Assembly (NCBI GenBank): GCA_025558095.1
Contig: JAIVFI010000001.1
Coordinates: 1,240,001-1,304,000 of the forward strand
DNA length: 64,000 nt
Origin: Hyaloraphidium curvatum SAG 235-1
Lineage: Eukaryota > Fungi > Monoblepharomycota
Direction of reading: 5' to 3'
The translations under genes were made by a program, and so were the position numbers. Shown here piece by piece: positions 1-10,665 of this stretch (within the stretch, counting starts at the first letter, position 1; each line of letters begins with the position of its first letter). The notes under the pieces were generated by a model that searched no databases, had not been told where the DNA came from, and saw nothing but the letters and a program-made list of their open reading frames with translations.

Positions 1-800
1 AGAAGAGGATGCTGCATGTACTTCCGCAGAGCCTCTTTGTTGTGCGACGTGGCGTCCAAATGGTCCTTGGCCGGGCGCCCAGCGAAGAGCGGCTCCCACG
101 CGGTCCCGATCGATGCGCCAGCAGGGAGTCCTAGATTCCGGTACACCGTGGAGCTCATGATTCGGAGCACGAGCTTGCGGAGCGTGGCGTAGCTTTCGGC
201 CATGAGATCAGAAAGCAGGTCGAGGCCTTCGCGATCAACGTCTTTCGCGAGATCATTGTACTCGTCGGGATCTTCAGGAACGTGACGTGGCGGAAAGGGC
301 AGCAGGATTTCCGGCCAGATGCTCAACCTTGCCTCGTCCCAGGCCGCCAATCGTTTGCAGAGATCCTTTTCGGAGATAGCCAGAATCATGGTCGACACGA
401 TTTCGAAGTGGGGGACGAGCTGGTCGAGTTGCGCGAACGCCCCCTTGGCCCACAGGTCCTCGTAGGAGTGCCTCCCGCTGTCTTTCGTCATCTCCACAAA
501 AAGGCGGTCAACGCCGGCGTCGAGGGACTTTAGGGTGTGAGCGAAGAGCGAAAGCACCGCCGGACGCGCGGACGCCCAGGAGCGCGGGCGCGGGTCGTCG
601 AAGCCCCGTTCCGCGAAACGAATGTCGCCGGGCTCCGCGCTGGGACAGGAGGCGAGGTGCTTGCGAATGTAGATCGAGTTCATTGCTGTGGCCACAGAAG
701 CAGGGGAGTCGTGGGGGTCGGTGCACAAATTCATGTCCATGTCCTGTCGCACAAAGCAGGACCAAATCTTCGGGCAAGATCTTCGGGCAAATCCTGCCAT
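1..800 (-). CDS. hypothetical protein, 3'-partial (runs off the left edge)
   Basis: Stop-free minus-strand frame from ATG 800 (alternative ATG 740) to position 3: MDMNLCTDPHDSP...LWAKGAFAQLDQLVPHFEIVSTMILA...ALRKYMQHPL. It is missing from the ORF track because no stop falls in the window. Confidence 0.5.
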   Translation of the reverse strand, partial: MAGFARRSCPKIWSCFVRQDMDMNLCTDPHDSPASVATAMNSIYIRKHLASCPSAEPGDIRFAERGFDDPRPRSWASARPAVLSLFAHTLKSLDAGVDRLFVEMTKDSGRHSYEDLWAKGAFAQLDQLVPHFEIVSTMILAISEKDLCKRLAAWDEARLSIWPEILLPFPPRHVPEDPDEYNDLAKDVDREGLDLLSDLMAESYATLRKLVLRIMSSTVYRNLGLPAGASIGTAWEPLFAGRPAKDHLDATSHNKEALRKYMQHPL

Positions 801-857
801 ACAGATCTTTCTCCTCCCTTTTCGCCATGGCCCAGATCCCTGGCTTACTTTCTCAAT

Positions 858-2063
858 TCAGACCCCGTTGGGGCACACAACAACGAGCTCCAAAGGCCCC
901 GTCCGCGCCGCATGCTCCACGGCTTCCACGGCCTTCTCAAGCGGGTACTTGTGCACGTCAATCAGCGAGAGATCCAGCTGCCCGGAAACAACAAGTGGGG
1001 CCAGATCAGCGATGCTGGTTGCCGGATACATGTACTTCGAATACGAAGTCAGACAGAGCGAGATACAAGAGGCCGTTCGAGAGCCCCTTACGTTGCCAAT
1101 AATGGTCCAGTTATTGATCATGATCTCGCCGTAATGGAACTGTAACGGGCTCGACATGCTGCCTTCCAACACCATCGCTCCTCCCCGCCTGAGCAGCCGC
1201 ATGCACGCGACCGTCGCCTCGCTGCTCGTTGCGTTCCCGACAAGATCAATGACCACGTGCGCGCCCGTGTTGGCATCCGACGGGTCCTTGCCGGCGGCCG
1301 CCGCCAGTTTGTCGCCTTCCGAAGAAGGAATGACCTCGCATCTCCGGCCGAATTTGGTGAGCTTGGCCGAGAGCGTCGCGAGGCTGGTCGGGCTGCGTCC
1401 CGTGGCGATCACCTTTCCCGCCCCCAACGCCAGCGCCACGAGGACCGCGCACGACCCGAAGTAGCCCGTCGAACCGTTCACGATGACCACCTGACCCGCC
1501 CGGATGTTGGCGCGGACGAGGCCATGGTAGGCCAGCGCGAGCGCCGCGTTGGTAGCCCACAGGGCCGGGTCGATTTCCGAGTGGGGGAGGGCAGTGACGC
1601 TGCGGATCGGGGCGACGTGCTGTTGGCGCCAGGTTCCTTCGTTCCATATCTCTTGGACTGTAGCGGGACGTCAACACCTTCTGTCCACTGCAAATGCGAG
1701 CAAGCGATACGTACCCCGTCCGCTTTTCTCTCCAAACCGCGTCAACCCGACCAGTACTTCATCGTAAGTTCCCCCATTCTGCCTAGAACCGATCTGCGGA
1801 TCCACGTCCACCAGTTGCCCCGCGGCGAGGTCGAACACGTCCCCCGACGTCTCCCTGACTTTTCCCACGCAACCTGGGCCGAACGTCGTGGGGAACGGCG
1901 GGAGCAGGTAGCGTGGTAGGTCGCCGACGATGACTTGGCCAGCGTATGTCAACACCGGGGCGTAGAGCACGTCGACTAGCACAGCGCCGGAAGCCGGCAG
2001 ACTGGGCACGTCGACCGTGTCCAGGTGAAGCTTGCGGTCATCGTGCACGCGGGCTGCAAGCAT
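858..2063 (-). CDS. medium-chain dehydrogenase/reductase (GroES-like, alcohol dehydrogenase family)
   Basis: N-terminus MLAARVHDDRKLHLDTVDVP, then FGPGCVGKV and a Rossmann motif VIVNGSTGYFG. A GTACGT..CTACAG intron at about 1660-1713 restores the frame; there is probably a second intron at about 1035-1092. Confidence 0.8.
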
Positions 2064-2244
2064 CGCGAAGAAGGGAGCTGCTTCGATGCGGGAGTTGCTT
2101 TGATGCGATGCTTCGACGCGTGGTGGGACGGGTCCGGAGTTTCGTGAGCGGCGGAGCGCGAAAACCCGTCCCCTTCCTGTGGCAAGGGCAATGCAGACGC
2201 CTCCAATGACCCGCCAAACGACGTACATGACCTGGATCAAAGAT

Positions 2245-5200
2245 TCATCTCCTTCTCCTCCTTTCGCCCTGCCCCAGATCCCTGGTCCACCGTTGGATCG
2301 CGCCTTCCGTCTCCGTCAGCACGGTCGCCACCACCGCAATGTACAGCTGGACGACGAAAAGCGCCAGAGGAAACACAAAGTGCACGAGCACGTTGGTGGC
2401 AGTCCCGGCCGGCAGCAGGGTCCTCAGGGCTTCCAGAAATGGCGGCAATGCGGAAGTGGCGAGCACGTCCCCACGATGCCGCCGCACGAGGTCCGTGGGA
2501 GAGCCACCCCCGGTTTCGCTCGCCGAAGGAGGAACTGAAGACGATCTCGGCCCAATTGAGCTCCCCCGCGTGGTCCTGGCGCTTTCGCTCCTTGCGTGCT
2601 CAGTGAGCACGCTCCCAGTCTCGTCTGCGCCGTCGAGTTGGTCGACCAGATCGGGTCGGTCAGAAAGGCGGGAGCGACCCCGCTCGGGCGCTTCGACCTC
2701 TCTCCTGTCCTCCTCTTGCACCGCTTCGACCGTCTGCGCGGGAGCCGGCGGCGCCGGGAACTCGGGCGGCACGATCTGCCTCCAGGAGGATCGTCAGCCT
2801 CTCGCCAAAGCATCGAGCAAGCACGGCAATCCAGAGGTACCTACCGGCGACGGTGTGGGCAGCGGTGCAAACTCCATGTACTCCGGGACGTCGTCCAGCT
2901 CGTTGATCGTGTCGAGCTCCCCGACGCTGAGGGCAAAGTTGGCTTCGGCGACCAAGTGTGCGACCATGGAGCTCATCCGATCCACGTGCTGCTCTTCTTC
3001 GCCGAGGGACGATTGAGGAGAAGGGTCCCTGTCCCGCCGATGTCCGTGAGGCGTCCCGTGCCTGTGGTGATGATGGCCGTTGCCGTGATGTCGGGAAGAC
3101 TCGACGTGGTAATGCACCTCGATCCGATCGTGGTGCAGCAGATCGTCTTGAAGCAGAGGAGCGGGCCCCACCGGATCGTCCATGTCCAATGTCAGCGACG
3201 GCTCCCAAGTTGGTGGAGAACTCTGGGCCTCGGCTGCCTTCGCTTCGGCATTCGCAACACCCTGCCGATCCATGCTGACTCGCCGTGAGCCCGCTTCCTC
3301 GCTCTTCTTGGGCAGCGGCGACGGTGCGGCCAGTGCTTCCTCCACCTCCTTTGCTGTCCTCCTTGCATCCTCCATGATCCGCTCCATTTCTTTCTGCAGC
3401 AGATCCTCGGCCCACCCGCCTGGCACCTCGGGCTCGGCCGGCGTCCCGGGCCGCTGCACCGGGGTCGTTGTGCTGCTAGCCGCCCGCGACGCCGCCTTCC
3501 TCGCACGCTCCCTGGCGCCCCTCGTGCGTTCCCGCAGGGCGGCGTCCGAGACCATCGCGCTCGCCACCTCGACCGTGGCCAGCGCCTCCAGGCTGCGCTT
3601 GCGGATCCGGCTGCGCTCCTCCGCGAGACGCGCGTCCTCCGCGGCGAGATCGACCTTGTTCCGGAGCGCCTCGATGGCGAGCTGCAGCCGCGACGGCGAT
3701 CCGTCGAGGTTGGTGGTGGAGGAGGAGCGGGGCAGTGCAGGGTAGAGGATCGAGGAGCCGGCGCGGGAGAGGATGCGCTCCAGGGGAAGGTTCGCGGTCG
3801 TTGCCGCGCGGGGAATCGTAAAGGGTTTGGGAGGTACGATGGGTTTCCTCTCCGGCGTCGTGAAAGCGGAAACAGCTGCCGGCGTCCGACCGGCAACCTT
3901 GTTCGATAGCGCCGGTAGCATCTCCTCCTTCTCCTCATCAGCAATCGCCGCCGCGCTGTCCCACCCGCGCGGCACGCTCTCCTGCGAGAGGTGCTTCTCC
4001 TCCATTTTCGACCCCTGGTCGAGCAAGGATGCGCTGGCCCCGATCGACGACGGACCCGCCCCGAGCGAGGACCTGTCTTCCTCCTCCATGAAGGAAAGCC
4101 CGAGCTCCGTTCCCGACTGCCAATCCTCCCCCGCAAGCCCCGGGTGGTGCCAGTCGTCCTTGGCGGGTGTCGGCGGCGCAATGTCCAGCATGGGCTCGGG
4201 CTGGGGCTCAGGCTCAGGCACCGTCCTGGGCGCGGGCTTGGGTTCGGGTTCGGGTTCGGGCTCGCGTTCCCGTTGAGGCGGCACCACCGTCGTCTTGCCC
4301 GGAGACGAGGGCTTCCCAGACAGCGGCTTCGCCTGCTTCGCTGGCTGACCCTTGACCGGGGACCCCGCCTTGCCTTGAAGCTCCTTCTTCAACGGCGACG
4401 CGGGTTTAGTCGGCTTTGCTGGCGATCCGGTATTTCCCTCCGCGGCCTTGCCCCTGGCCGAAACGTCGGAACCCGAAGCCGACCCCGGCCTCGCCTTTGC
4501 GAGCCTCGGAAGCTTGCTCGCTGCCACTTCCTTCTTCGATGGCGTCTTTTGCGCCGCAGCGGCAGCGGCCCCGGCGTTGCCCGTGTCCGAGGGTGCAGGA
4601 ATCTTGCGCCTTTCGATCGTCTTGTACCCGGCAGGCTTGGCCGGCGAGCGCGGTGCAGCCTGCTTTGCCGGCGCGGACTTGACCGGGGCCGGCTTGGCGG
4701 GCGGCGCTTTCCTCTCCGCCGGCACGCGCGAAGGACTCCGTTCGGGATCGCGCTTCGGCGCCGCGCGCTGTTGCACCGGCGGCGGGGAGGGCATGGGGCG
4801 CACGAGCACGGGTTCATGGTCGGCGTGCAGAACGCGGGGGAGGGTAGGGGCTCTCGCGACGGTAACGGGCGGCTGCGGCTCGTCCGGAACATCAGAGACA
4901 AGATCCAGCTGATCGGGCGAGGCGTGCAGAAGCAGCTCCGGTTCCGGTTCAGGCGCGGCACCAATGTCGGTTTGCGGAACGGGGTTTTCTACCGCCATGA
5001 TCGGTCCCGGTTCGTCTGTGTGCTGGGCAAGTTCCTCGTCCTCGGCTATGATCGCCGGAGAAGCGGAAGCGGGCGGCCACACCGGAACCGCGGGATGCCA
5101 GACCGCCACTTGGGCTGCTTCTTGCCAGTTAGGCACCTCCGCTTCGTGCACCGTCGGCAGAAGCACCTCGGCGCGAGAGGGCTCGGCGGGCTGCCACATT

Positions 5201-6009
5201 GGAACGACCTTGGCAGGCGCCAAGGTAACCGGTTGCTGGTTCGCCACTCCCACCACCGGCTCCACCCGATCACGGGGATTTGACTGTGACATGAAGGCGA
5301 AAATGTCTTCCACGAGGCTCCCGCTCCTGGACGGGAGCTTTGGAACCTCTTGCCTGGGAGGCACGGGGTCGGTCACCACCCGCCTCGCAGGAGGCCCGGC
5401 CCACTCGGGCACCGAATGGAGCATGGAGAGCTGCGAATTGCTGCGGAGTCCCCAAGGTGCCGGTTGCCGCACGGGCGCGGGCGCCGGTATCGGTGCCGGG
5501 AGGGGCTGCGAGAGGGGCATCGGGGGCGCGTGCATGGGAGCGGGGAAGGGTGCCGCGGGAACCAGGGCCGGCGCCGGGAGCGGCGCCGCCACGTCCGCGT
5601 CCCCGTCGGTGCCCGCCGAGTCCGTTGCCTTCTGCTTGTGCGGCTCGCCGGCCTCCCACTTTGCGACCCTGTCGCGCACGCAGCTCTTCTGCGGCGTGCG
5701 CTCCTGCCGGCCCTTCCACGCCTGCGGCACCGCGAACGCCGGCTGCGCCTTGACGTTGGGCGCCGGGCCCGGCGGCGGCAGCGCGGGCATCTCCTTCTGC
5801 CGCGCGGCCGTCGGCGTCGCTTTGCTCTTTGGCGGCTTTGCGGCGAGCGGCGTCGAGACGAGCGCCGACACCCGCAGCCACGCCGCCACAGCGTCGCCCG
5901 GCACCTCCTCCGGCGCGGCCGGCGGCGTCGCGGGCCTCGCAACCCGGTCCGATGCCGCCGGCTTCCATTCCGCGCGCTTCGTGCCGGGGACGTAGCCGAA
6001 CGACTCCAT
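2245..6009 (-). CDS. large Pro/Ala-rich disordered protein with a coiled-coil segment and a C-terminal transmembrane helix
   Basis: ORF 2794..6201 (likely start MESFGYVPG at 6009) joins the exon 2245..2772 through a GTAGGT..CAG intron at about 2776-2844. The last exon carries the hydrophobic stretch VLVHFVFPLALFVVQLYIAVVATVL. Confidence 0.6.
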
Positions 6010-6338
6010 CGGCCCCGCGGGCAAACAGACGTCCGATGCGGTGCGCGGCCGAGCGAATCCGCCGGCAGTCCCCACCGAAGCGCCGATGCGGTCAATCGGA
6101 GGCAGCCGGCGGTTAGCAGAGGCCTTTCCGAGCCCCGATGGGCGGGACAGCGAGATGGATTCGGAGCACCGCCGCGGAACGATCGGGGCGAGGCCAAACA
6201 AAGGCGAAAACAGTCAAACGGATATCTGCGCACTACCAGTAGTTAGCTCCGACCATATACGACACTTTTCTATGTCGCAACTGACACTGCAAAAGCTCCA
6301 CCTACTCACTTAGCACCAATCAACAAGTCTTTGGGCCG

Positions 6339-7507
6339 TCATGGAGCGGTGAACTCAATACCGTCCCGGGTGCGAGCCATTCGGGTCCAAAACGCCTCTT
6401 CCTCCGGCGTGATGTCGTCCTCGAAGTTAGCAATCTCGCCGAAATTGAGATCCACATGATCCAACCGGTTCAAATTCGCTTCGATCTTGGCAAAATCATC
6501 TGGTTCAACAAGCCCGGAAAGCAAGACGTTTGAAGCTACCAGCTTCTTGAGTCCTTGAGGAATCTTCGGCAGGTCTAACGACGAGAGGTGCATGATCTCA
6601 ACTTCTTCAAGTCGCAGGTTCTCCCAGCTCAAGATCCTTTCCCACACAATGTTGCCTCGATCCCACCATTTGCAATCGGTGATGTACTCAAAATCACTTG
6701 CATGATATTCTGCTTGCAACAGCTTCGCCGGCCGAAAATCTCGTCTCTTCATCAGAGACAGGATCTCCTGATACTGTGAAATCTGCCACGTTCACGTTTG
6801 GACGACCTCTATGAGCCTCCTTGGAAATGCCCGGACATCAACGGGGAAAATTCTTCGCTTGTGCAGGTCCATCCCGGTGCCAAAATCGCAGCTGACCATC
6901 TCCAGCACAGGCACCTTCATGCTCAAAGCATCCATGAGGCCCTGATGGTAGAGGCCAGCCAGGTCCAACTGACGAAGGTTGGGTAGCGAAATGCTGGCAA
7001 CGTGCCTCGCTTCGGCCACCTTGTCTCCCTTGGGACCCCCGGACTCGAGCCAATTCTCACCTTCACGGAAAGCCTAGATAAGTTGGGCAGCCAAACATCT
7101 CCCAGCTTCGGTACGATGTCCCACTCAAACTCCAGCGAGAGGTGTTCTGGGTCCAAGTCTGTTCGAGACAGCATGATCCGCACCAGAACCGCCGCCTCGG
7201 CCGAGGCCGCGCGACAGGTCAGAGCCTTCACAAACGAGTACTTGCTGACGCCCGTTAGCTTCTTCATGGTGTCCCTGGACATCCAGCTCCTCAGCTGCTG
7301 CGGACTGGGCCCTATGCCCATCACCGACACGAGTTCCGGGTAGAGCAGTGTGTACAACTCCTTGCAGGTCCGGGCAAGCGTCCAGGTGGCCCAGCGCCGC
7401 GTCCATCGAGGTTCCTTGATCCAATATGGGTCCCCATGGTCTTCCGGGGTCAGCTCCAAGATCCTGCAGACGACTTCTGGCGGAAGCCACGCGCGTCCTT
7501 CCTCCAT
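6339..7507 (-). pseudogene. F-box-like/LRR family paralog A with an in-frame TGA
   Basis: F-box-like LPPEVVCRILEL...LARTCKELY. The frame changes at 7020-7060 (possible 41-nt intron). An in-frame TGA at 6792-6794 aligns with Trp in the paralog at 14046..15121. Confidence 0.6.
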
Positions 7508-7744
7508 GGGCCCTTACACCGGGGAGGGAGACGTTTTGGTCTTTGCCGGGGGCATGTCGGTTCGATCCTCGCCGGGCATGGGCTGTGTCCGACGATCGAG
7601 GAGGTCTGAGCCTCCTTCAACGCACGATGGTCAGGAAAAGTAGGATGCGGCTCTCCAGCGGTCCACTGCCGGCGGCGCGGGGATGGTCGATGTTTGCGCT
7701 TGTTTACCCGCCATCACCAGCACTCGAACGCCGGGCGACGCACG

Positions 7745-9118
7745 ATGCGCGCAATCCGTCTCGTTGCCACCGCTGCTGTGCTCCTGTTGGGCCTCCTCCA
7801 ACGTGCCTGCGCGGCGCCGGCGTTCGATCGGTTCTACCGCCGCTCGTTTGCGCTCCCGGCCCTGAGGAATGGTCCGCTCGGGACGCGCGCCCGGCCCGCA
7901 AAGAGCACCGGCCTGGCCTCCCCGGCGTACAATGATACCTTCACCGGGGTCCGTGTCTACCGCATCACGGACACGGGGACCGACGGGAACGTCCCCGGGG
8001 TTCCGCACATCCGCCATGAATACAGCCGGCGCCAGGTGTTCAACGCCGACAATTCGCGGTACATCGCCGAGGACGGCAACGGGTTTTGGGCGCTCTTTGA
8101 TGCGTCCACGTTCCGGCGCATCCGGGGACGGCGGCCGAACGGCATGCTCCTGGGCATGGCGGGAGATGCGGAGGCGATCTGGCACCACTCGAATCCGTCG
8201 GTCCTGTTCTACTGGGGCGGCGGTTTGATCTGGTACCGCAAGGATGTGCGCACGGACAGGGACTCGGTGTTGGTCGACTTCACCGGCCGGCTGCCCTGGC
8301 CGCTTGCCTCCCAAGTGTGGTTCAAGGGCGAGGGGACCCCTAGCGCCAGCGGGCGGTTCTGGGGGCTCATGGCGACGCACTACGATTCCGCCGCGCAGCG
8401 CAACATTGTCTATGGTCTCCTGACCTGGGACGCCAACACAAACAGGATCGTTGGCACCCTGCCCGCCTCGGCGTTTGGAGGGTCCATGCCGGACCACGTC
8501 AGCACCAGCGCGAGCGGGAACTACATCGTGCCTTCGTGGGCGTACGAGCCGGCTCTGGGCACCCGAGCGTACAATCGGAATTTCACCTCCTTCCAGCAGC
8601 TCCGCATCGGGTCGTCGCATTCGGACCTGGCCATCGGCCCCGCCGGCCAGGATTTGCTCGTCTATGCCGACTACGACTCGGGCTCGGTGGACGACGGCTG
8701 GATCGTCGCCGTGGACTGCCGCACAGCGACGTCGTTCCGGCTTTCGCCGCTGTATTTCCCGGGTTCCTCGGGAATGGCGGTGCACATCTCGGGCAAGGCG
8801 TTCGCGCGGCCCGGATGGGCACTGATCAGCACCTACGCCGACTCGTCCAACTACGGCGCGGTGACCCCCGCGAACCCTCGGCAGCCCTCGTTCCGGAGGA
8901 TCTTTGCGGTCGAGCTCGTGCCCGGCGGACGCTCGTTTGCGATCGCGCACACCCAGACAGGCGCCAATTATGGTGGATACTTTGGCGAACCCCAGGCGAG
9001 CGTCAACAGGGACTTTACCAGGGTGACGTGGGCAACGAACTTTGGGTCCGGAACGCGGATCGAGTCACTGATGGCGGGCCTTCCGTCATGGGCAATACCG
9101 GCGGCGAGGCGGCCGTAA
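7745..9118 (+). CDS. secreted, intronless, predicted beta-propeller protein of bacterial type
   Basis: Signal peptide MRAIRLVATAAVLLLGLLQRACA. The single exon is rich in Trp/Gly/Ser beta repeats (HEYSRRQVFNADNS, PDHVSTSASG, SHSDLA, EPQASVNRDFTRV). Confidence 0.75.
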   Translation: MRAIRLVATAAVLLLGLLQRACAAPAFDRFYRRSFALPALRNGPLGTRARPAKSTGLASPAYNDTFTGVRVYRITDTGTDGNVPGVPHIRHEYSRRQVFNADNSRYIAEDGNGFWALFDASTFRRIRGRRPNGMLLGMAGDAEAIWHHSNPSVLFYWGGGLIWYRKDVRTDRDSVLVDFTGRLPWPLASQVWFKGEGTPSASGRFWGLMATHYDSAAQRNIVYGLLTWDANTNRIVGTLPASAFGGSMPDHVSTSASGNYIVPSWAYEPALGTRAYNRNFTSFQQLRIGSSHSDLAIGPAGQDLLVYADYDSGSVDDGWIVAVDCRTATSFRLSPLYFPGSSGMAVHISGKAFARPGWALISTYADSSNYGAVTPANPRQPSFRRIFAVELVPGGRSFAIAHTQTGANYGGYFGEPQASVNRDFTRVTWATNFGSGTRIESLMAGLPSWAIPAARRP

Positions 9119-9274
9119 TTGACTTGCTGTCATCTCAACATTGCTCAGTCGACTGTACTCAGCATTCTTCATAATCATCACAGTCCGCAGCATCCCAATC
9201 GCAAAGGGCTCGGCGAGGCGGCGGCGCCGGCGGCACCCCAGTCCGATCGCCGTGATGCTGTCACCCAAGCAACT

Positions 9275-10483
9275 ATGGGTGCGAAGCAGAGCCGCCGGCG
9301 CGAGCTGGGCAACTACCGAGGCCTCTGGGAAATCATGTCCGACTACCGCACGGGCCGTCGGACGGGGCCGGTGACGCCGTACCCGGGCGGCGCGGCCGGG
9401 GAGGCGCGCGACCGTGCGGCGCGGGAGGGCCGCTGGGCGCCCTTCAATCACGAGGCGTTCCGCGCCGAGCTGCTACCGCGCATCGAGCGCTTTGCCGCGC
9501 ACCTGCGGGCAGCGGACGGCGGGGCGCCTCCCGACGAGGGCGCGCTGCGCGACCGCGACGAGGCGCTCGCGCTGATCGACGCCGTCTATTTCGGACCGGA
9601 GACCCCCGACCGCTCGGCGGCGGAGCGGTTCTTCGGCGGCGAGGCGCTCCCGGGCGGCTACGCGCCGCCTCCGCTCACCCCCGCGTCGTCGATGCCCTTT
9701 GCCAGGAAGGTGTTCGAAATCGTTGTGCGCATGCGGACCACGCGGAGGAGGCTCGCCGCCGACACAGAGTTCCTGGAGTTGGCCGCGACTGCCGCCGCAC
9801 GGGCCATCGAACCCCTCGTGGAGCCGGCCTTGGAGGAGCTGGAGCGCATGAGGAACCAGTGGGCGCTGCCGTTCTTCAGGATGACGCTGGCGGATCCAAA
9901 GGGGCCCTACATCACGCTCCGGCGGTGGGTCATCCCCCTGGCCGACGTGTGCCGCGAGAGGGGCAAACCTTGGGGCGACGCTGCCCGCACAGCCAAGCGA
10001 GCCGGCCGCGATCCCGGCCTGCTTTTGCTCCTTGCGCACCTGAAAGACGTGTACGAGGCCGTGGACGAGCTCGCCTCTCGGCGTATCCGCCTGATTACGC
10101 TCCCCTGGTACGGCACCCTGACGTGCCCCGCCTTTTTCTGGAGCCCCAAGTTGATGGAACTCCTTTTCCCCCTGGCTATGCTGTACTTCCCCCTCCGGAA
10201 CGCTTTCGCCCCCGAACTCGAATGGAGGCACGCCGTCTTCGGCCCGCCCCGTGCAGCCGAGGACGTCATGGGCGCCTTTGCCCTCCATGACATGGAAGAT
10301 CCCGAGGAAACCTGCGATCGATGCCGCAAGCCCGCCCCGGAATCGGGGCCGCTGCGGCGGTGCGCGCGGTGCCGCGTGACCCTTTACTGCGGGCCCGAGT
10401 GCCAGCGCGACGCGTGGCGGGACGGGCACAAGGATGTGTGCGTGGAGGTGCGGGACATTGCGGCCATAGACTACCCGGGGTAA
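9275..10483 (+). CDS. MYND-type zinc finger protein
   Basis: C-terminal CDRC...CARCRVTLYCGPECQRDAWRDGHKDVC. The N-terminus MGAKQS fits the N-myristoylation consensus. Confidence 0.85.
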   Translation: MGAKQSRRRELGNYRGLWEIMSDYRTGRRTGPVTPYPGGAAGEARDRAAREGRWAPFNHEAFRAELLPRIERFAAHLRAADGGAPPDEGALRDRDEALALIDAVYFGPETPDRSAAERFFGGEALPGGYAPPPLTPASSMPFARKVFEIVVRMRTTRRRLAADTEFLELAATAAARAIEPLVEPALEELERMRNQWALPFFRMTLADPKGPYITLRRWVIPLADVCRERGKPWGDAARTAKRAGRDPGLLLLLAHLKDVYEAVDELASRRIRLITLPWYGTLTCPAFFWSPKLMELLFPLAMLYFPLRNAFAPELEWRHAVFGPPRAAEDVMGAFALHDMEDPEETCDRCRKPAPESGPLRRCARCRVTLYCGPECQRDAWRDGHKDVCVEVRDIAAIDYPG

Positions 10484-10665
10484 GGCTAAGGCCGTCGGGC
10501 GGAATAAATCGTCCCGTGACGTCGGTGGAAACGCCGTCGCAATGGCACCTCTCGAATTTCTCTCCTTCGATCCTCCCCCATACACTCTCTCCTTCGCTCC
10601 GCCCCCATAAACACGCTCTCCGTAATGCTTCCAGCCAGGTAGCGCACTCGAAACGTCGCTGCGCA

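Noticed and set aside
4190-4265. GGCTCG/GGTTCG hexamer repeats
   Set aside because: They encode (PE)n tracts within the Pro-rich protein.
6792-6794. UGA reassigned to Trp (alternative genetic code)
   Set aside because: TGA is the normal stop in many genes here, including PRP8, and their Trp codons are TGG. A single nonsense change is simpler.
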